Source: Flavobacteriales bacterium
GTDB lineage: Bacteria > Bacteroidota > Bacteroidia > Flavobacteriales_C > GCA-002722245
Direction: 5' to 3'
Length of the DNA stretch: 64,000 nt
Assembly (NCBI GenBank): GCA_023251095.1
Contig: JAHEZL010000001.1
Location: 131,871-195,870, forward strand
The notes under the pieces were generated by a model. It made no database searches. It worked only from the letters and a program-made list of their open reading frames with translations, and was not told where the DNA came from. The translations under genes and the position numbers were made by a program. Shown here piece after piece: positions 31,270-40,922 of the stretch. The stretch's first letter is position 1. Each line of letters opens with the position of its first letter.

Positions 31270-32516
31270 CAGTCGATTTTATTCTCTATTAAATGTGTTT
31301 CAAATTTTTTCATCACTTCTTCCACAGGCAAAGTGTTTTCAAAATAGCTCAGCAACTGTTGCAGCACTTTATCCACTGTTGAATCGGGACAGGAAGCGCC
31401 GGAAGTCAAAATAATATTCAGCACCTCCTTTTTAGGTAAAAAATCCTTTGTCGCTACATGCTCCTTACTATGGTACAAAAAGTGGCGGATCAGGTTTTCA
31501 TTCACTATTTCTTTTTCCGAGGAGATGAAATAGGTTGGAAATTTCGTTTCACACAACTCAACGAGATGAGTGGTATTGGAGGAATTGTACCCACCAACCA
31601 CTATCGCTATATCTGCAGGAAGTTCCATCAGCGCATAAGTTGCACTTTGGTTATCGTTGGTTGCATAACACAAAGAATCTCTGGTATCGGCAAACACTTC
31701 TTTAAAATCTTTCACCTCAAAAACATTCTCCATCACCGTTTTTAAATAGGCCGCTATGTCTTTGGTTTCGGTGGCCAGCATGGTAGTTTGATTGACCACA
31801 CCTATTCTTTTCAAATGCTTGTCTACATCAAAATCGAGGGAATACTTCCCTTTAAATATTTTATAAAATTCATCTTTTGGAATAGCACCTGAAATGATTT
31901 TACCCAAAATTTCAGCCTCCTCATGATCGCGGAGAATTAAAGCCGGACCGTATTTAGCCGCGTGGGAAAAGGTAGCGCGGGTTTCTTCGTGGTTGTATTT
32001 GCCATGAATCAAAATAGAGTAATTGTCGTCACCCAGTCTTTTCGACATCTTCCAAACCCTTTCTACAAAGGGACAGGTAGTGTTGTATCGGTAAGGATCT
32101 ATGGCCAGACTTTTCAGTTTTTCTTCTATCTCCAGAGTGGTTCCAAAAGCTGGAATCACCACTATGTCATTCGAATTCAATTCGCTCCACTCCACAATAT
32201 GATCCCCCAAAGTGTCCATCAGAAAGCGAACACCGCGGTTGACTAAATCTTTGTTCACTTCGGGATTGTGTATCATTTCCGACAATAAGAATATGCGCTT
32301 GTCGGGATTTTCCTCTATTGCCCGGTAAGCGATTTCAATGGCATTTTCAACACCATAGCAAAACCCAAAGTGGCGGGCAATGAAAAAACGAATGGGTCCG
32401 AAATCCAGAATCGTAGGAGAATAGTCCTTTTTACGCGGATCGGCATCTTTTCGTAATTCCTTTATCCGGGAGATTATCGGACTTCTGTAAAACTCAGGGA
32501 CGTCAAATTTTTTCAT
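31269..32516 (-). CDS. ispH: 4-hydroxy-3-methylbut-2-enyl diphosphate reductase, long (plant/cyanobacterial-like) form
   Basis: About 415 aa from MKKFD. Three cluster-ligand Cys in GFCYGV, TCPFV and SLCYAT contexts, plus [13 protein letters not shown]. The ORF-track start 24 codons further upstream is probably not used. Confidence 0.8.
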   Translation of the reverse strand: MKKFDVPEFYRSPIISRIKELRKDADPRKKDYSPTILDFGPIRFFIARHFGFCYGVENAIEIAYRAIEENPDKRIFLLSEMIHNPEVNKDLVNRGVRFLMDTLGDHIVEWSELNSNDIVVIPAFGTTLEIEEKLKSLAIDPYRYNTTCPFVERVWKMSKRLGDDNYSILIHGKYNHEETRATFSHAAKYGPALILRDHEEAEILGKIISGAIPKDEFYKIFKGKYSLDFDVDKHLKRIGVVNQTTMLATETKDIAAYLKTVMENVFEVKDFKEVFADTRDSLCYATNDNQSATYALMELPADIAIVVGGYNSSNTTHLVELCETKFPTYFISSEKEIVNENLIRHFLYHSKEHVATKDFLPKKEVLNIILTSGASCPDSTVDKVLQQLLSYFENTLPVEEVMKKFETHLIENKID

Positions 32517-32612
32517 CTGGATTTTAAATCGTGAACAAAAATAAAGATAAACCGCCGACGAAAAGAAAAAACCTTCTATATTTATCAAGAGTATAATTCA
32601 CAAAGGTTTACC

Positions 32613-33074
32613 ATGATAAAATTCGCCTTTATTTTTTGTGCAGGTTTGTTATTGATAACGGGCTTTGCCGCCCCCGAAGGAAATTGCAAGCTGGAATACG
32701 ACGGACTGTATTATTCAAAAATCGACAGCGACTATTTTGCTTACATTAAATTTTACGAGGACGGAACGGTTTTGCACACTACCTCTATTGAGAAAATCGA
32801 CGAAGTCACCAAGTTCTTCACCAAAGAATACAAAACCAATGTTTTATCGGGAACCTACTCTTTTGGCAAATGCAACGTAGCGTTTAATGTTTTCGGAAAA
32901 ACAGGAACCATGAAATTCAAGGGCGATCTGGAAGGAGACACCTTATACTTAAAGGCCGCAAATGTGCAGGATCACACTTCAAGCGAAATGAAATTCGCTT
33001 ATTACGATCCGGCTTACGAAGCAAGCAAAACAAAACAAAAAACGAAGGTTAAACCTAAGTCCAAGTCTAAATAA
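32613..33074 (+). CDS. hypothetical small secreted/lipoprotein with Lys-rich C-terminal tail
   Basis: 153 aa. Signal peptide, beta-rich body, KTKQKTKVKPKSKSK tail. Confidence 0.45.
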   Translation: MIKFAFIFCAGLLLITGFAAPEGNCKLEYDGLYYSKIDSDYFAYIKFYEDGTVLHTTSIEKIDEVTKFFTKEYKTNVLSGTYSFGKCNVAFNVFGKTGTMKFKGDLEGDTLYLKAANVQDHTSSEMKFAYYDPAYEASKTKQKTKVKPKSKSK

Positions 33075-34575
33075 GCAAAACCGCCCCAAACAACATCACC
33101 ATTCCCAAGTACAAAAACCAATTCAGCCGATAACTTTTGTATTGCAAAAACAAGCTTACGCATAAACCATACAACAACCAGCAATAAAGCGACGACACCG
33201 TAAAAGACAAAGTTGTAAAAGGCCAGCAACTCACCTGCTCACAAAACCAATCCATAAAAAGCACTACACCATCAATTATCCCCTTGCTTAACCCATGATA
33301 AGGAAGCAACACAAAGGCTATCCCCAAGTACATCAACAATGCAACCGCAGGAACAATCACCAGGTTGGCCACAATAAAATAAACCGATAAATACTCAAAG
33401 TAATAAATCAGAAAAGGCAGCAAGGTAATTTGCACTGCAATGCTCAGAAAAATCAAATCGGTGACAGATTTCAAAAAGAAATTTTTCACTTTCCATGCTT
33501 CTGAAAAAACAGGCATAATGAAAATAATGCCCAACATCGCTCCATACGTGAGTTGAAATCCTATATCATATAAGTACAGCGGATCAATGAGCAAAATCAC
33601 AAAGGCCGATAAGCAGGTGGTATGCAGCAAAACACTTCCTCTACCCATTGCAGAACCTATGACATACAAAGAAAACATCAATGCCGAACGCAGCACCGGA
33701 GGAGAAAATCCAACCATCCAGCAATAAAACCAAATCAGAACGAGCACCAGAGAAACCGCCGCTACAGAGCGCTTGTTCAAAAACAACGCAATGATCCAAC
33801 TGATGACGAGATAAATAATCCCTACGTGCAAGCCCGATACAGAAAGGATGTGCGACACACCCAACACCGCATAATCCTCTTTGGTTTGTTTGTCGACATA
33901 GCCCCGATCTCCAATCAACAATGACAAAAGCAGAGATTTTGATTTTTGAGACAAGGCAGACAAACGAATTTTTCTGTGCGCCAGATTATAAAAAGAATAA
34001 AACCAACTATTGTTTTTCTTCAGCTCCGTTTTACTACGGATATTCACATAAATCTTGTATTGAACACCCTGCCGCAAAAGATATTCATCCCATGAAGTTG
34101 GCTCCTTCCCAGGTTTTAACAGCGGTAAAAGCGAAACTTCATGAAGCACCATTGTATCTCCTTTTTCAAGAACAACTCCACAGGCGCTATCCATATTCAC
34201 TAAAACGTCAAAAGAATTACCTGCATTAAAAGCAGGAGCCAGCATCCAGCAACCCCGCTCTGTAAACCTTACTCCCTCTGTATTTTTAATGAGCAGTGTA
34301 TCGAAATAAATTTTGTCTGTTGCCGGTTTTACCTCCACGGAATTCAACATAACATTCATTTTTCCCAAAAAGAAAAACAGACAAGCGAGCAACACAGATC
34401 GAAGAGAAAACAATAACATTTCTTTGCTGAGTTTCAACTTGTCGGAAAAAAGCAACACCGCATAACTCAACACAACAAACAACATTATCCCCCAAATAAA
34501 TTCCTCTTCAATGCCAATACCCGCAATGAAAAACAAAAGCGGAAGCGCCATCGGCGAACGCTGAATTTTATGCAT
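33067..34575 (-). CDS. comEC: ComEC/Rec2 family DNA internalization channel protein (no beta-lactamase domain)
   Basis: 502 aa polytopic membrane protein with DUF4131-like N-terminus and the conserved competence-domain region. Confidence 0.75.
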   Translation of the reverse strand: MHKIQRSPMALPLLFFIAGIGIEEEFIWGIMLFVVLSYAVLLFSDKLKLSKEMLLFSLRSVLLACLFFFLGKMNVMLNSVEVKPATDKIYFDTLLIKNTEGVRFTERGCWMLAPAFNAGNSFDVLVNMDSACGVVLEKGDTMVLHEVSLLPLLKPGKEPTSWDEYLLRQGVQYKIYVNIRSKTELKKNNSWFYSFYNLAHRKIRLSALSQKSKSLLLSLLIGDRGYVDKQTKEDYAVLGVSHILSVSGLHVGIIYLVISWIIALFLNKRSVAAVSLVLVLIWFYCWMVGFSPPVLRSALMFSLYVIGSAMGRGSVLLHTTCLSAFVILLIDPLYLYDIGFQLTYGAMLGIIFIMPVFSEAWKVKNFFLKSVTDLIFLSIAVQITLLPFLIYYFEYLSVYFIVANLVIVPAVALLMYLGIAFVLLPYHGLSKGIIDGVVLFMDWFCEQVSCWPFTTLSFTVSSLYCWLLYGLCVSLFLQYKSYRLNWFLYLGMVMLFGAVLLI

Positions 34576-34703
34576 ACAAATGATTTGAAAAGTCTTCCGA
34601 CTTTAATTAGGCGGTGTAAAAATAATAGGAAATGAAAAAAGGGAAGGATTTAGATTTACACAAAAAGCTAACAGAAATTGAAAGCTAATTATTGTTCCTT
34701 GTC

Positions 34704-34874
34704 AAATCCCTCTTGCCATCACACCACACTCCCCCGCGCTCTCCCTTTTTTCAAAGGGAGAAGAGCAGCACTCATCCATTTTCACAGCATGATTTTCAGG
34801 AAACGCCAGCTAACCAACTTCCTCCTTTGGAAAAGGAGGAGTGCGAAGGATTTGTGCGAAAGCAAGGAGGATTT
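34704..34874. repeat. family-2 MITE-like palindromic element, copy 1 (~171 bp)
   Basis: AAATCCCTCTTGCC...CTCCCTTTTTTCAAAGGGAG...CCTCCTTTGGAAAAGGAGGAGTGCGAAGGATTTGTGCGAAAGCAAGGAGGATTT. Terminal inverted repeats plus two internal hairpins. Lies between the spoIID 3' end and the comEC 5' end. Confidence 0.85.
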
Positions 34875-34892
34875 TAGGAATTGGAATTAAAT

Positions 34893-36044
34893 TCACTCCT
34901 CCTTAAAAAACTCCAGCGCGTTTAAATTCACAATAAACACACCTGTAAAATAGTACTGAATAATTTGATTATAGGCATAACCTTCCTTAGCCATCTGCAT
35001 GGCTCCTTCCTGACACAAACCAACGCCATGGCCATATCCACGACCCTGAATAAAAACAGAATCATTGACCATCTGAACTTTAAAATAAGCCGATTTCAAT
35101 TTTAAATCTGTTCGGATTTTGGTGGTTTTTACCGCTTTTCCCGGAAAATAAAAAGAAGCCTGCCGCCCATCGGGTGAAAAATAAACTTCCTCACCATCCA
35201 CCGTAGTATCCAATTCCGCAGGAACATCAATGCTCCTCAAATACTTATGCCATTGCTCTTTGCTCATCTTTTTTTTCCATCTTGCATTTCTGCTTTTAAC
35301 ACAAAATGTGTCTTTCACCGCACGCAGATAAGGAAGCGGTGTGAGCCATACATCTTCGGAATTACAGGTTTCTCCACCGCAATTGGAATGAAAAGTAGCG
35401 TTAATCAAATCAAATCGTTCATCGGTAATGATAAGTCCGTTAGTGGCTGTAGTAGCTTTTAAAATATCAGGAATCTTGGAGCTCTTGCTGTAGTAAGCCT
35501 GACAGTGCACGTTATCACACAAATTATATCCTTCCAATGAATGGCGTTCAATATTTTTTAAAGCGTAGGTTCTGCACAGTATCGCCTGCAACTTAAAATA
35601 CTCGGGCGCTGCACGAAGCCCCGCTTCCGACTCCACCACCCCTGCAATGTAATGCTCCAGCTCAACATCATTCAGCAACAAAATAGTTTTCACTTCCATC
35701 CTGCACACCAAATTATCTTCATAAGTACGCGCTTCACCAGCCACTCCTATTTTAAAATTATTGAGATAGTCTTCTCCCTTCAGTTTAAAATGCGAAAGCA
35801 GTTTGGAAGTGCCCTTAAAGTGGACTCGCATTTTACTTCCTTCCACTTCAAACTTCAGAGTTTCACCTTGCTGAAAAGTGGTCAGCAATGTTGAATCGTG
35901 ATACAAAGAATAAGAACCTCTGCTCATGTTTACCGTTGCGGCATGCACTGTTTTTAAAGAAAAAATATGGATGAGAAATTGATGAGCAAATAAAGAAGAA
36001 ACAGAAAAAAACAAGACAATAAAAACAGCAAATCTTTTAAGCAT
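34893..36044 (-). CDS. SpoIID/LytB domain protein (putative lytic transglycosylase/amidase enhancer)
   Basis: 383 aa. Signal peptide and SpoIID/LytB core (..YIAGVVESE..LCRTYA..CDNVHCQAY). Confidence 0.8.
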   Translation of the reverse strand: MLKRFAVFIVLFFSVSSLFAHQFLIHIFSLKTVHAATVNMSRGSYSLYHDSTLLTTFQQGETLKFEVEGSKMRVHFKGTSKLLSHFKLKGEDYLNNFKIGVAGEARTYEDNLVCRMEVKTILLLNDVELEHYIAGVVESEAGLRAAPEYFKLQAILCRTYALKNIERHSLEGYNLCDNVHCQAYYSKSSKIPDILKATTATNGLIITDERFDLINATFHSNCGGETCNSEDVWLTPLPYLRAVKDTFCVKSRNARWKKKMSKEQWHKYLRSIDVPAELDTTVDGEEVYFSPDGRQASFYFPGKAVKTTKIRTDLKLKSAYFKVQMVNDSVFIQGRGYGHGVGLCQEGAMQMAKEGYAYNQIIQYYFTGVFIVNLNALEFFKEE

Positions 36045-37155
36045 GACGAAGAAAATTTACTATCCCTTCCGCCGTTTTTCGCGATGCTCCGCCTCCCCCC
36101 AGTTTGGTTTTTAGTTCTTTATAATCTGCTTTCATTTTAGCAATCATAACTTCGTCGGAAAGAATTTTTCGCAATTCTCCACTTAACCTATCCGCATTCA
36201 TTTCATCCTGAATGAGCTCAGTCACCGCCACTCTATCCAGAATAAGATTGACCAGTGAAATGTATTTTACTTTGATGAGTCGCTTAGCAATCTGATACGA
36301 TATTTTGCTGCCTTTATAACACACCACTTCGGGAACTTCAAACAAAGCGGTTTCCAAAGTAGCAGTCCCCGATGTTACCATCGCAGCACTCGCCACAGAA
36401 AGCAATCCGTAAGTATTTCCGCTAACAATTTGCACCTTCGACTTCCCTAAAATACCAGCATACATTTCCTCAGGAATAGATTTCACTCCTGCCAGCACAT
36501 ATTTATATCCTTTGTTTTTTTTAGCAGCGGCAAGCATCACAGGAAGCATGGCCTGAATTTCCTGTTTGCGACTGCCCGGCAATAAGAGCACAATTTTTTC
36601 ATCACCAAAACCATAACGTTTTCGGATGACGGAAGCGGCTTCCACCAAATCATTGTCGATGGCATCCAGCAAGGGATGACCAACGAAATCAATATCGTAG
36701 TTGAACTTTTTATAAAAATCTTTTTCAAAAGGAAGAATGGCGAACAGCTTGTCGACACTGCTGTTGATCTTGTGCACACGCGATTGCTTCCAGGCCCAGA
36801 TTTGCGGGGAGATGTAGTAAAAAACTTTTAAGCCTTTTGGTTTTGCCCATTCGGCAATGCGGAGATTGAATCCCGGATAATCCACTAAAATCAAAGCATC
36901 GGGCTTATAAGCTTCAATATCTTTTTTACAAAAGGAAATGTTTTTCAAAATGGTACCGAGGTTTTTCACTACCTCAATAAAACCCATAAAAGCGATGTCT
37001 TTATAATGCACTACCAAGTCGCCACCAACCGCCTGCATCCTGTCGCCACCCCAAAAACGGAACTCGGCTTTTTCATCCAGCAACAAAATCTGCTTCATTA
37101 AATTAGAAGCATGTAAATCGCCGGAAGCCTCGCCTGCTATGATATAGTAACGCAT
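36037..37155 (-). CDS. lpxB: lipid-A-disaccharide synthase
   Basis: 372 aa. N-terminal YIIAGEASGDLHASNLM motif. Confidence 0.9.
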   Translation of the reverse strand: MRYYIIAGEASGDLHASNLMKQILLLDEKAEFRFWGGDRMQAVGGDLVVHYKDIAFMGFIEVVKNLGTILKNISFCKKDIEAYKPDALILVDYPGFNLRIAEWAKPKGLKVFYYISPQIWAWKQSRVHKINSSVDKLFAILPFEKDFYKKFNYDIDFVGHPLLDAIDNDLVEAASVIRKRYGFGDEKIVLLLPGSRKQEIQAMLPVMLAAAKKNKGYKYVLAGVKSIPEEMYAGILGKSKVQIVSGNTYGLLSVASAAMVTSGTATLETALFEVPEVVCYKGSKISYQIAKRLIKVKYISLVNLILDRVAVTELIQDEMNADRLSGELRKILSDEVMIAKMKADYKELKTKLGGGGASRKTAEGIVNFLRHA

Positions 37156-37508
37156 TATATTCCGCCTTCAATTAATTTTAAAATAAAAACCAGCACCACA
37201 TAAAACAAAGTAGAAACCAGTACTCCTCTTGCGCCCCAATCGTTATTGCGGCGCAGCAGTAAAAAAAACACTACCAAATTTCCAAGCACACTTAAGCTCA
37301 TTACATTGGCAATATTGTGCATGTTGTGCAGTATTTTAGTCAGATAGTTTTGAAAACCAACATCAAATCTTTTACTGCTGTCGAGATAAAAAACATAAAT
37401 CACCACAGGCAAAACCAACAAAGGAAACAAGGCGCCTATAATAACGCCCCTGTTTCTTTTTTGCCTAAGCTCCGGTGAACCAACCTTCCAATTCTTTCCT
37501 AAACTCAT
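37155..37508 (-). CDS. hypothetical small membrane protein (3 TM)
   Basis: 117 aa, hydrophobic. Overlaps surE 3' end by 44 nt in another frame. Plausible but unverified. Confidence 0.4.
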   Translation of the reverse strand: MSLGKNWKVGSPELRQKRNRGVIIGALFPLLVLPVVIYVFYLDSSKRFDVGFQNYLTKILHNMHNIANVMSLSVLGNLVVFFLLLRRNNDWGARGVLVSTLFYVVLVFILKLIEGGI

Positions 37509-38241
37509 GTGCCGTTAAATCAAATTTTGTGGGTACTACAGAAACATATCCTTCTTTCAAAGCCTCTTCATCAGTGCTTTCCCCACCATCCATATTTACA
37601 AATTGTCCGCTCAGCCAATAATAAGAATTGCCGAAAGGATCTTTGCGCTCGTCAAAATTTTCATCCCAGTAAGCGTTCGCTTGCCTGCAAACTTTAATTC
37701 CTTTTATTTCTTCTTTTGGTAAGTAAGGGAAATTCACATTTAAGCAAACTCCTTTAGGCAAACCTTTCTCCAAAACTTTTTTGGCCAGTTGCTGAACATA
37801 TTTTTTACAAGCAGAAAAATCAGCGTTGATATCGTGACTGTTCAAAGAAAATCCTAAAGCCGGAATTCCTTCAATAGCCCCTTCAATAGCAGCCGACATT
37901 GTGCCTGAATAAATGACATTGATAGAAGAATTTGAACCATGATTGATGCCCGAAACCAGTAAATCAAAAGGGCGATCGGCAACTACCTTCACGCCAAATT
38001 TCACACAATCCACAGGTGTTCCCGAGCAACTGTATTCCTGTAATCCTTCTTCTTTGTGTTTTTCATACAAGCGCAAAGTGGAGTTAATGGTAATGGCATG
38101 TCCCATTCCCGACATCCCCTGATTGGGCGCCACCACAACCACATCACCAATTTCTCTCATGTATTGAATCAACGCGCGAATGCCCGGAGCCGTAACTCCG
38201 TCGTCGTTGGTAACTAATATTAAAGGTCGTGTTTTTGTCAT
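37465..38241 (-). CDS. surE: 5'/3'-nucleotidase SurE
   Basis: 258 aa. N-terminal ILVTNDDG motif. Confidence 0.9.
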   Translation of the reverse strand: MTKTRPLILVTNDDGVTAPGIRALIQYMREIGDVVVVAPNQGMSGMGHAITINSTLRLYEKHKEEGLQEYSCSGTPVDCVKFGVKVVADRPFDLLVSGINHGSNSSINVIYSGTMSAAIEGAIEGIPALGFSLNSHDINADFSACKKYVQQLAKKVLEKGLPKGVCLNVNFPYLPKEEIKGIKVCRQANAYWDENFDERKDPFGNSYYWLSGQFVNMDGGESTDEEALKEGYVSVVPTKFDLTAHEFRKELEGWFTGA

Positions 38242-38407
38242 ACATCTGCGGATAATGCCCTAAGGTATAAAGTTTAAAACAAATACTTTTCAAATTCAAC
38301 GCAAAGCATAAACTACGGCTTGTTAAAAAATCATGTAAAAGTCGTGGACAATAGTAATTTATGGTACGCCGTTATCGCTTACTTTTAACGTCAAATAAAA
38401 CACTACC

Positions 38408-40039
38408 ATGAAAAAAATATTTTTATCCATTTTCGCTATAGCCCTTACGTCCCAAATCTTTGCACAGGAAGAAAGCACCGTAAAATCCACTATTGAAAAA
38501 GTAACCGTATTCCTGCAAGGCGCTCAAATCACCGAAAACGGAAAAGCCAATCTGGAAAAAGGAAAACATATTTTGAAGTTAAGCGGACTCACTCCTTATA
38601 TACAAGCCAACAGTATTTCGGTTAAAACATCGGCCAACATAACCCTGATCAACGTTTTGTCGCAAATCAATTATGTGAAATCTACAGAAGCTCCAAAAAG
38701 AATAAAACAAATTGAGGATTCCATTCAGATATTTCAGGATCAATGGGATTTAAGCACGGCCAACATTCAGGTATATGAAGAAGAAAAAGCTTTGCTACAA
38801 GCCAACAAAACCATTAAAGGAGCTGAAGCTTTGGATATGGCCGACTTGCAGGAAGCCGCTAAATATTTCAGAGATCACCTCAGTGAACTGGCTGAAAAAG
38901 TTCAGGAAGGAAAAATTCATTTGAGAGCGATCAAAAAAAATATCGATCGTTTAATTAATGAAAAAAATACTTTGAATTATTCCAACAACAAACAAACCGG
39001 AGAAATATTGATGGAAGTGTATGCAGCACAAAACGGCAACATGGAATTTGAAGTGACTTATTATACCAGCAATGCTACTTGGACCCCTACTTATGATGTA
39101 CGCGCGAAGGATATTAACAGTCCGATAGCATTGGATTACAAAGCCAACATCCAACAAAGCACCGGTGTGGATTGGAAAAATGTGGAGTTAACGTTGTCGA
39201 CAGGAAATCCAAGTGTTTCGGGACAAGCTCCGGATATTTATAAATGGACGATTGATAATTCTGCGGAAAGAATTTATAGAAAAGAGAAGAACAAACATGC
39301 CGTCTTGAAAGCTTATAGCGATGATAGCGTTATGGAAGAACAACTCGGCTTAATGGATGGGAAATATACAACCAACGCACCTACAGCATCCGTTTCATAT
39401 AACTACACCGCAACTATTCAAAAAGAAACAAGCACAACCCATCAATATATTATAGCTACTCCTTACACCATTGTTTCCGACGGGAAAAGTCATAAAGTTG
39501 ATGTAGCACAACACTCCGTTGCTGCAGCTTACAAATACATCACTGTTCCAAAAGCCGATGCAACTGCTTTCTTAATCGCGCAAATCACCGGCTGGGAAAA
39601 ATTAAATTTATTGCCGGGGGAAGCCAGCATCTTTTTTGAAGATGCCTTTGTAGGAAATTCTTTCATTGATACTGAAAATGCAAACGATACTATGGACCTC
39701 TCTTTAGGCAGCGACAAAAGCATTATCATCAACAGATCAAAATCAAATGAGTTGTCGAAAAAAATCGTTTTAGGTGCCGATAAATCAACTGAAATCACCT
39801 GGGAAATTAAAGTGAGAAACACGAAATCAAAAGCGATTACTATTATTATTAAAGATCAGGTTCCTGTTTCTATAAATAAAGAAATTGATGTGAATGTGCC
39901 TGAAATAAAAGAAGGTCAGCTGGAAGCGGAGACTGGAATTGTGAAATGGGAATACACTATTAATCCCGGTGAGGAGAAAGTGATACGTTTTGGGTATAAG
40001 GTGAAATATCCGAAGAAATATAGGGTGATTTTGGAGTAA
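38408..40039 (+). CDS. DUF4139/DUF4140 domain protein (MuiA-like), secreted
   Basis: 543 aa. Signal peptide. Architecture typical of Bacteroidetes DUF4140-DUF4139 proteins. Confidence 0.6.
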   Translation: MKKIFLSIFAIALTSQIFAQEESTVKSTIEKVTVFLQGAQITENGKANLEKGKHILKLSGLTPYIQANSISVKTSANITLINVLSQINYVKSTEAPKRIKQIEDSIQIFQDQWDLSTANIQVYEEEKALLQANKTIKGAEALDMADLQEAAKYFRDHLSELAEKVQEGKIHLRAIKKNIDRLINEKNTLNYSNNKQTGEILMEVYAAQNGNMEFEVTYYTSNATWTPTYDVRAKDINSPIALDYKANIQQSTGVDWKNVELTLSTGNPSVSGQAPDIYKWTIDNSAERIYRKEKNKHAVLKAYSDDSVMEEQLGLMDGKYTTNAPTASVSYNYTATIQKETSTTHQYIIATPYTIVSDGKSHKVDVAQHSVAAAYKYITVPKADATAFLIAQITGWEKLNLLPGEASIFFEDAFVGNSFIDTENANDTMDLSLGSDKSIIINRSKSNELSKKIVLGADKSTEITWEIKVRNTKSKAITIIIKDQVPVSINKEIDVNVPEIKEGQLEAETGIVKWEYTINPGEEKVIRFGYKVKYPKKYRVILE

Positions 40040-40053
40040 GTTCCATTTGCTAT

Positions 40054-40138
40054 CCCAGTACGTCATTGCGAAATTTTTGTACTCAAAAATGAAGCAAACT
40101 CATTTTGATGATGAGGTTGCTTCGTCCTTCGTCCTCGC
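40054..40138. repeat. family-1 palindromic element, chimeric copy (long-form left arm, short-form right arm)
   Basis: Left arm CGTCATTGCGAAATTTTTGTACTCAAAAATGAAGCAA. Right arm GTTGCTTCGTCCTTCGTCCTCGCAATGACG. Only the 11-bp termini pair. Starts 15 nt after the DUF4139 gene stop. Confidence 0.8.
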
Positions 40139-40172
40139 AATGACGTAGTGGGTAGAAATACGATAATTGAAT

Positions 40173-40919
40173 TTACTGAAACTTCGCTATAAACGCCTCC
40201 CTCTTATTCGGAGAAACATCCACCTGCGATCCATCACTCATCGTTACAAACCCACCTTTACCTTTGGTATATTTAGTAACATACTGAAGATTTACAAGAT
40301 GTGATTTATGAACCCTCACAAAATCAAAATCACTCAAACATTCTTCATAAAATTTCAGCGTTCGGCAAATCAGCATTTTTTTGCCGTTTGTTAAATGAAA
40401 GGAAGTAAAGTTGTCGTTGGCTTCGCAGCGCACAATATCGCTTACGTTAATGATTTCAAAGCCTTCCATCACCGGTAAAATAACTTTTTTAGTTTGCTTG
40501 TTGATGCTTTTTAAATTTTCAATCAGCACCTTAGTATGACTCGGCTCAACAGAGCTTTTCGCTTTCTTTTCTTTGATTTTATCCACCGCTAAAATCAGCT
40601 CGTCGATATCCACCGGTTTTAATATATAGTAAGAAGCACAAAGATTCAAAGCTTTGATGGCGTAGTGACTGAAGGCCGTTACAAAAACCACTTCAAAAGT
40701 AATATTCTCAAATTTCTCCAATAAATCGAAGCCATTTCCATAAGGCATTTCAACATCCAGAAAAACAATGTCGGGAGACGTTTTGTTGATGAGATCAACG
40801 CCTGTAAGCACCGAATCGGCCATGCCCACCAACTTCACATCAGGGCAATATTGCGCTAAATAATTTTTCAGGGTTTCTCTCCCCGACTCTTCATCTTCAA
40901 TGATTACAGCTTTTAGCAT
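40173..40919 (-). CDS. LytTR-family two-component response regulator
   Basis: 248 aa. N-terminal REC domain (conserved Asp in VIIEDE...D), C-terminal LytTR DNA-binding domain. Confidence 0.85.
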   Translation of the reverse strand: MLKAVIIEDEESGRETLKNYLAQYCPDVKLVGMADSVLTGVDLINKTSPDIVFLDVEMPYGNGFDLLEKFENITFEVVFVTAFSHYAIKALNLCASYYILKPVDIDELILAVDKIKEKKAKSSVEPSHTKVLIENLKSINKQTKKVILPVMEGFEIINVSDIVRCEANDNFTSFHLTNGKKMLICRTLKFYEECLSDFDFVRVHKSHLVNLQYVTKYTKGKGGFVTMSDGSQVDVSPNKREAFIAKFQ

Positions 40920-40922
40920 AAG

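Noticed and set aside
34678-34890. 60-70 aa ORFs at 34678-34890, 44360-44563, 45827-46024 and 45835-46017 with recurring peptide segments (PFFQREK, PFSKGEA, FEKGRCEG)
   Set aside because: All lie wholly within copies of the family-2 palindromic repeat. The recurring peptide similarity reflects the repeated DNA, not conserved proteins.
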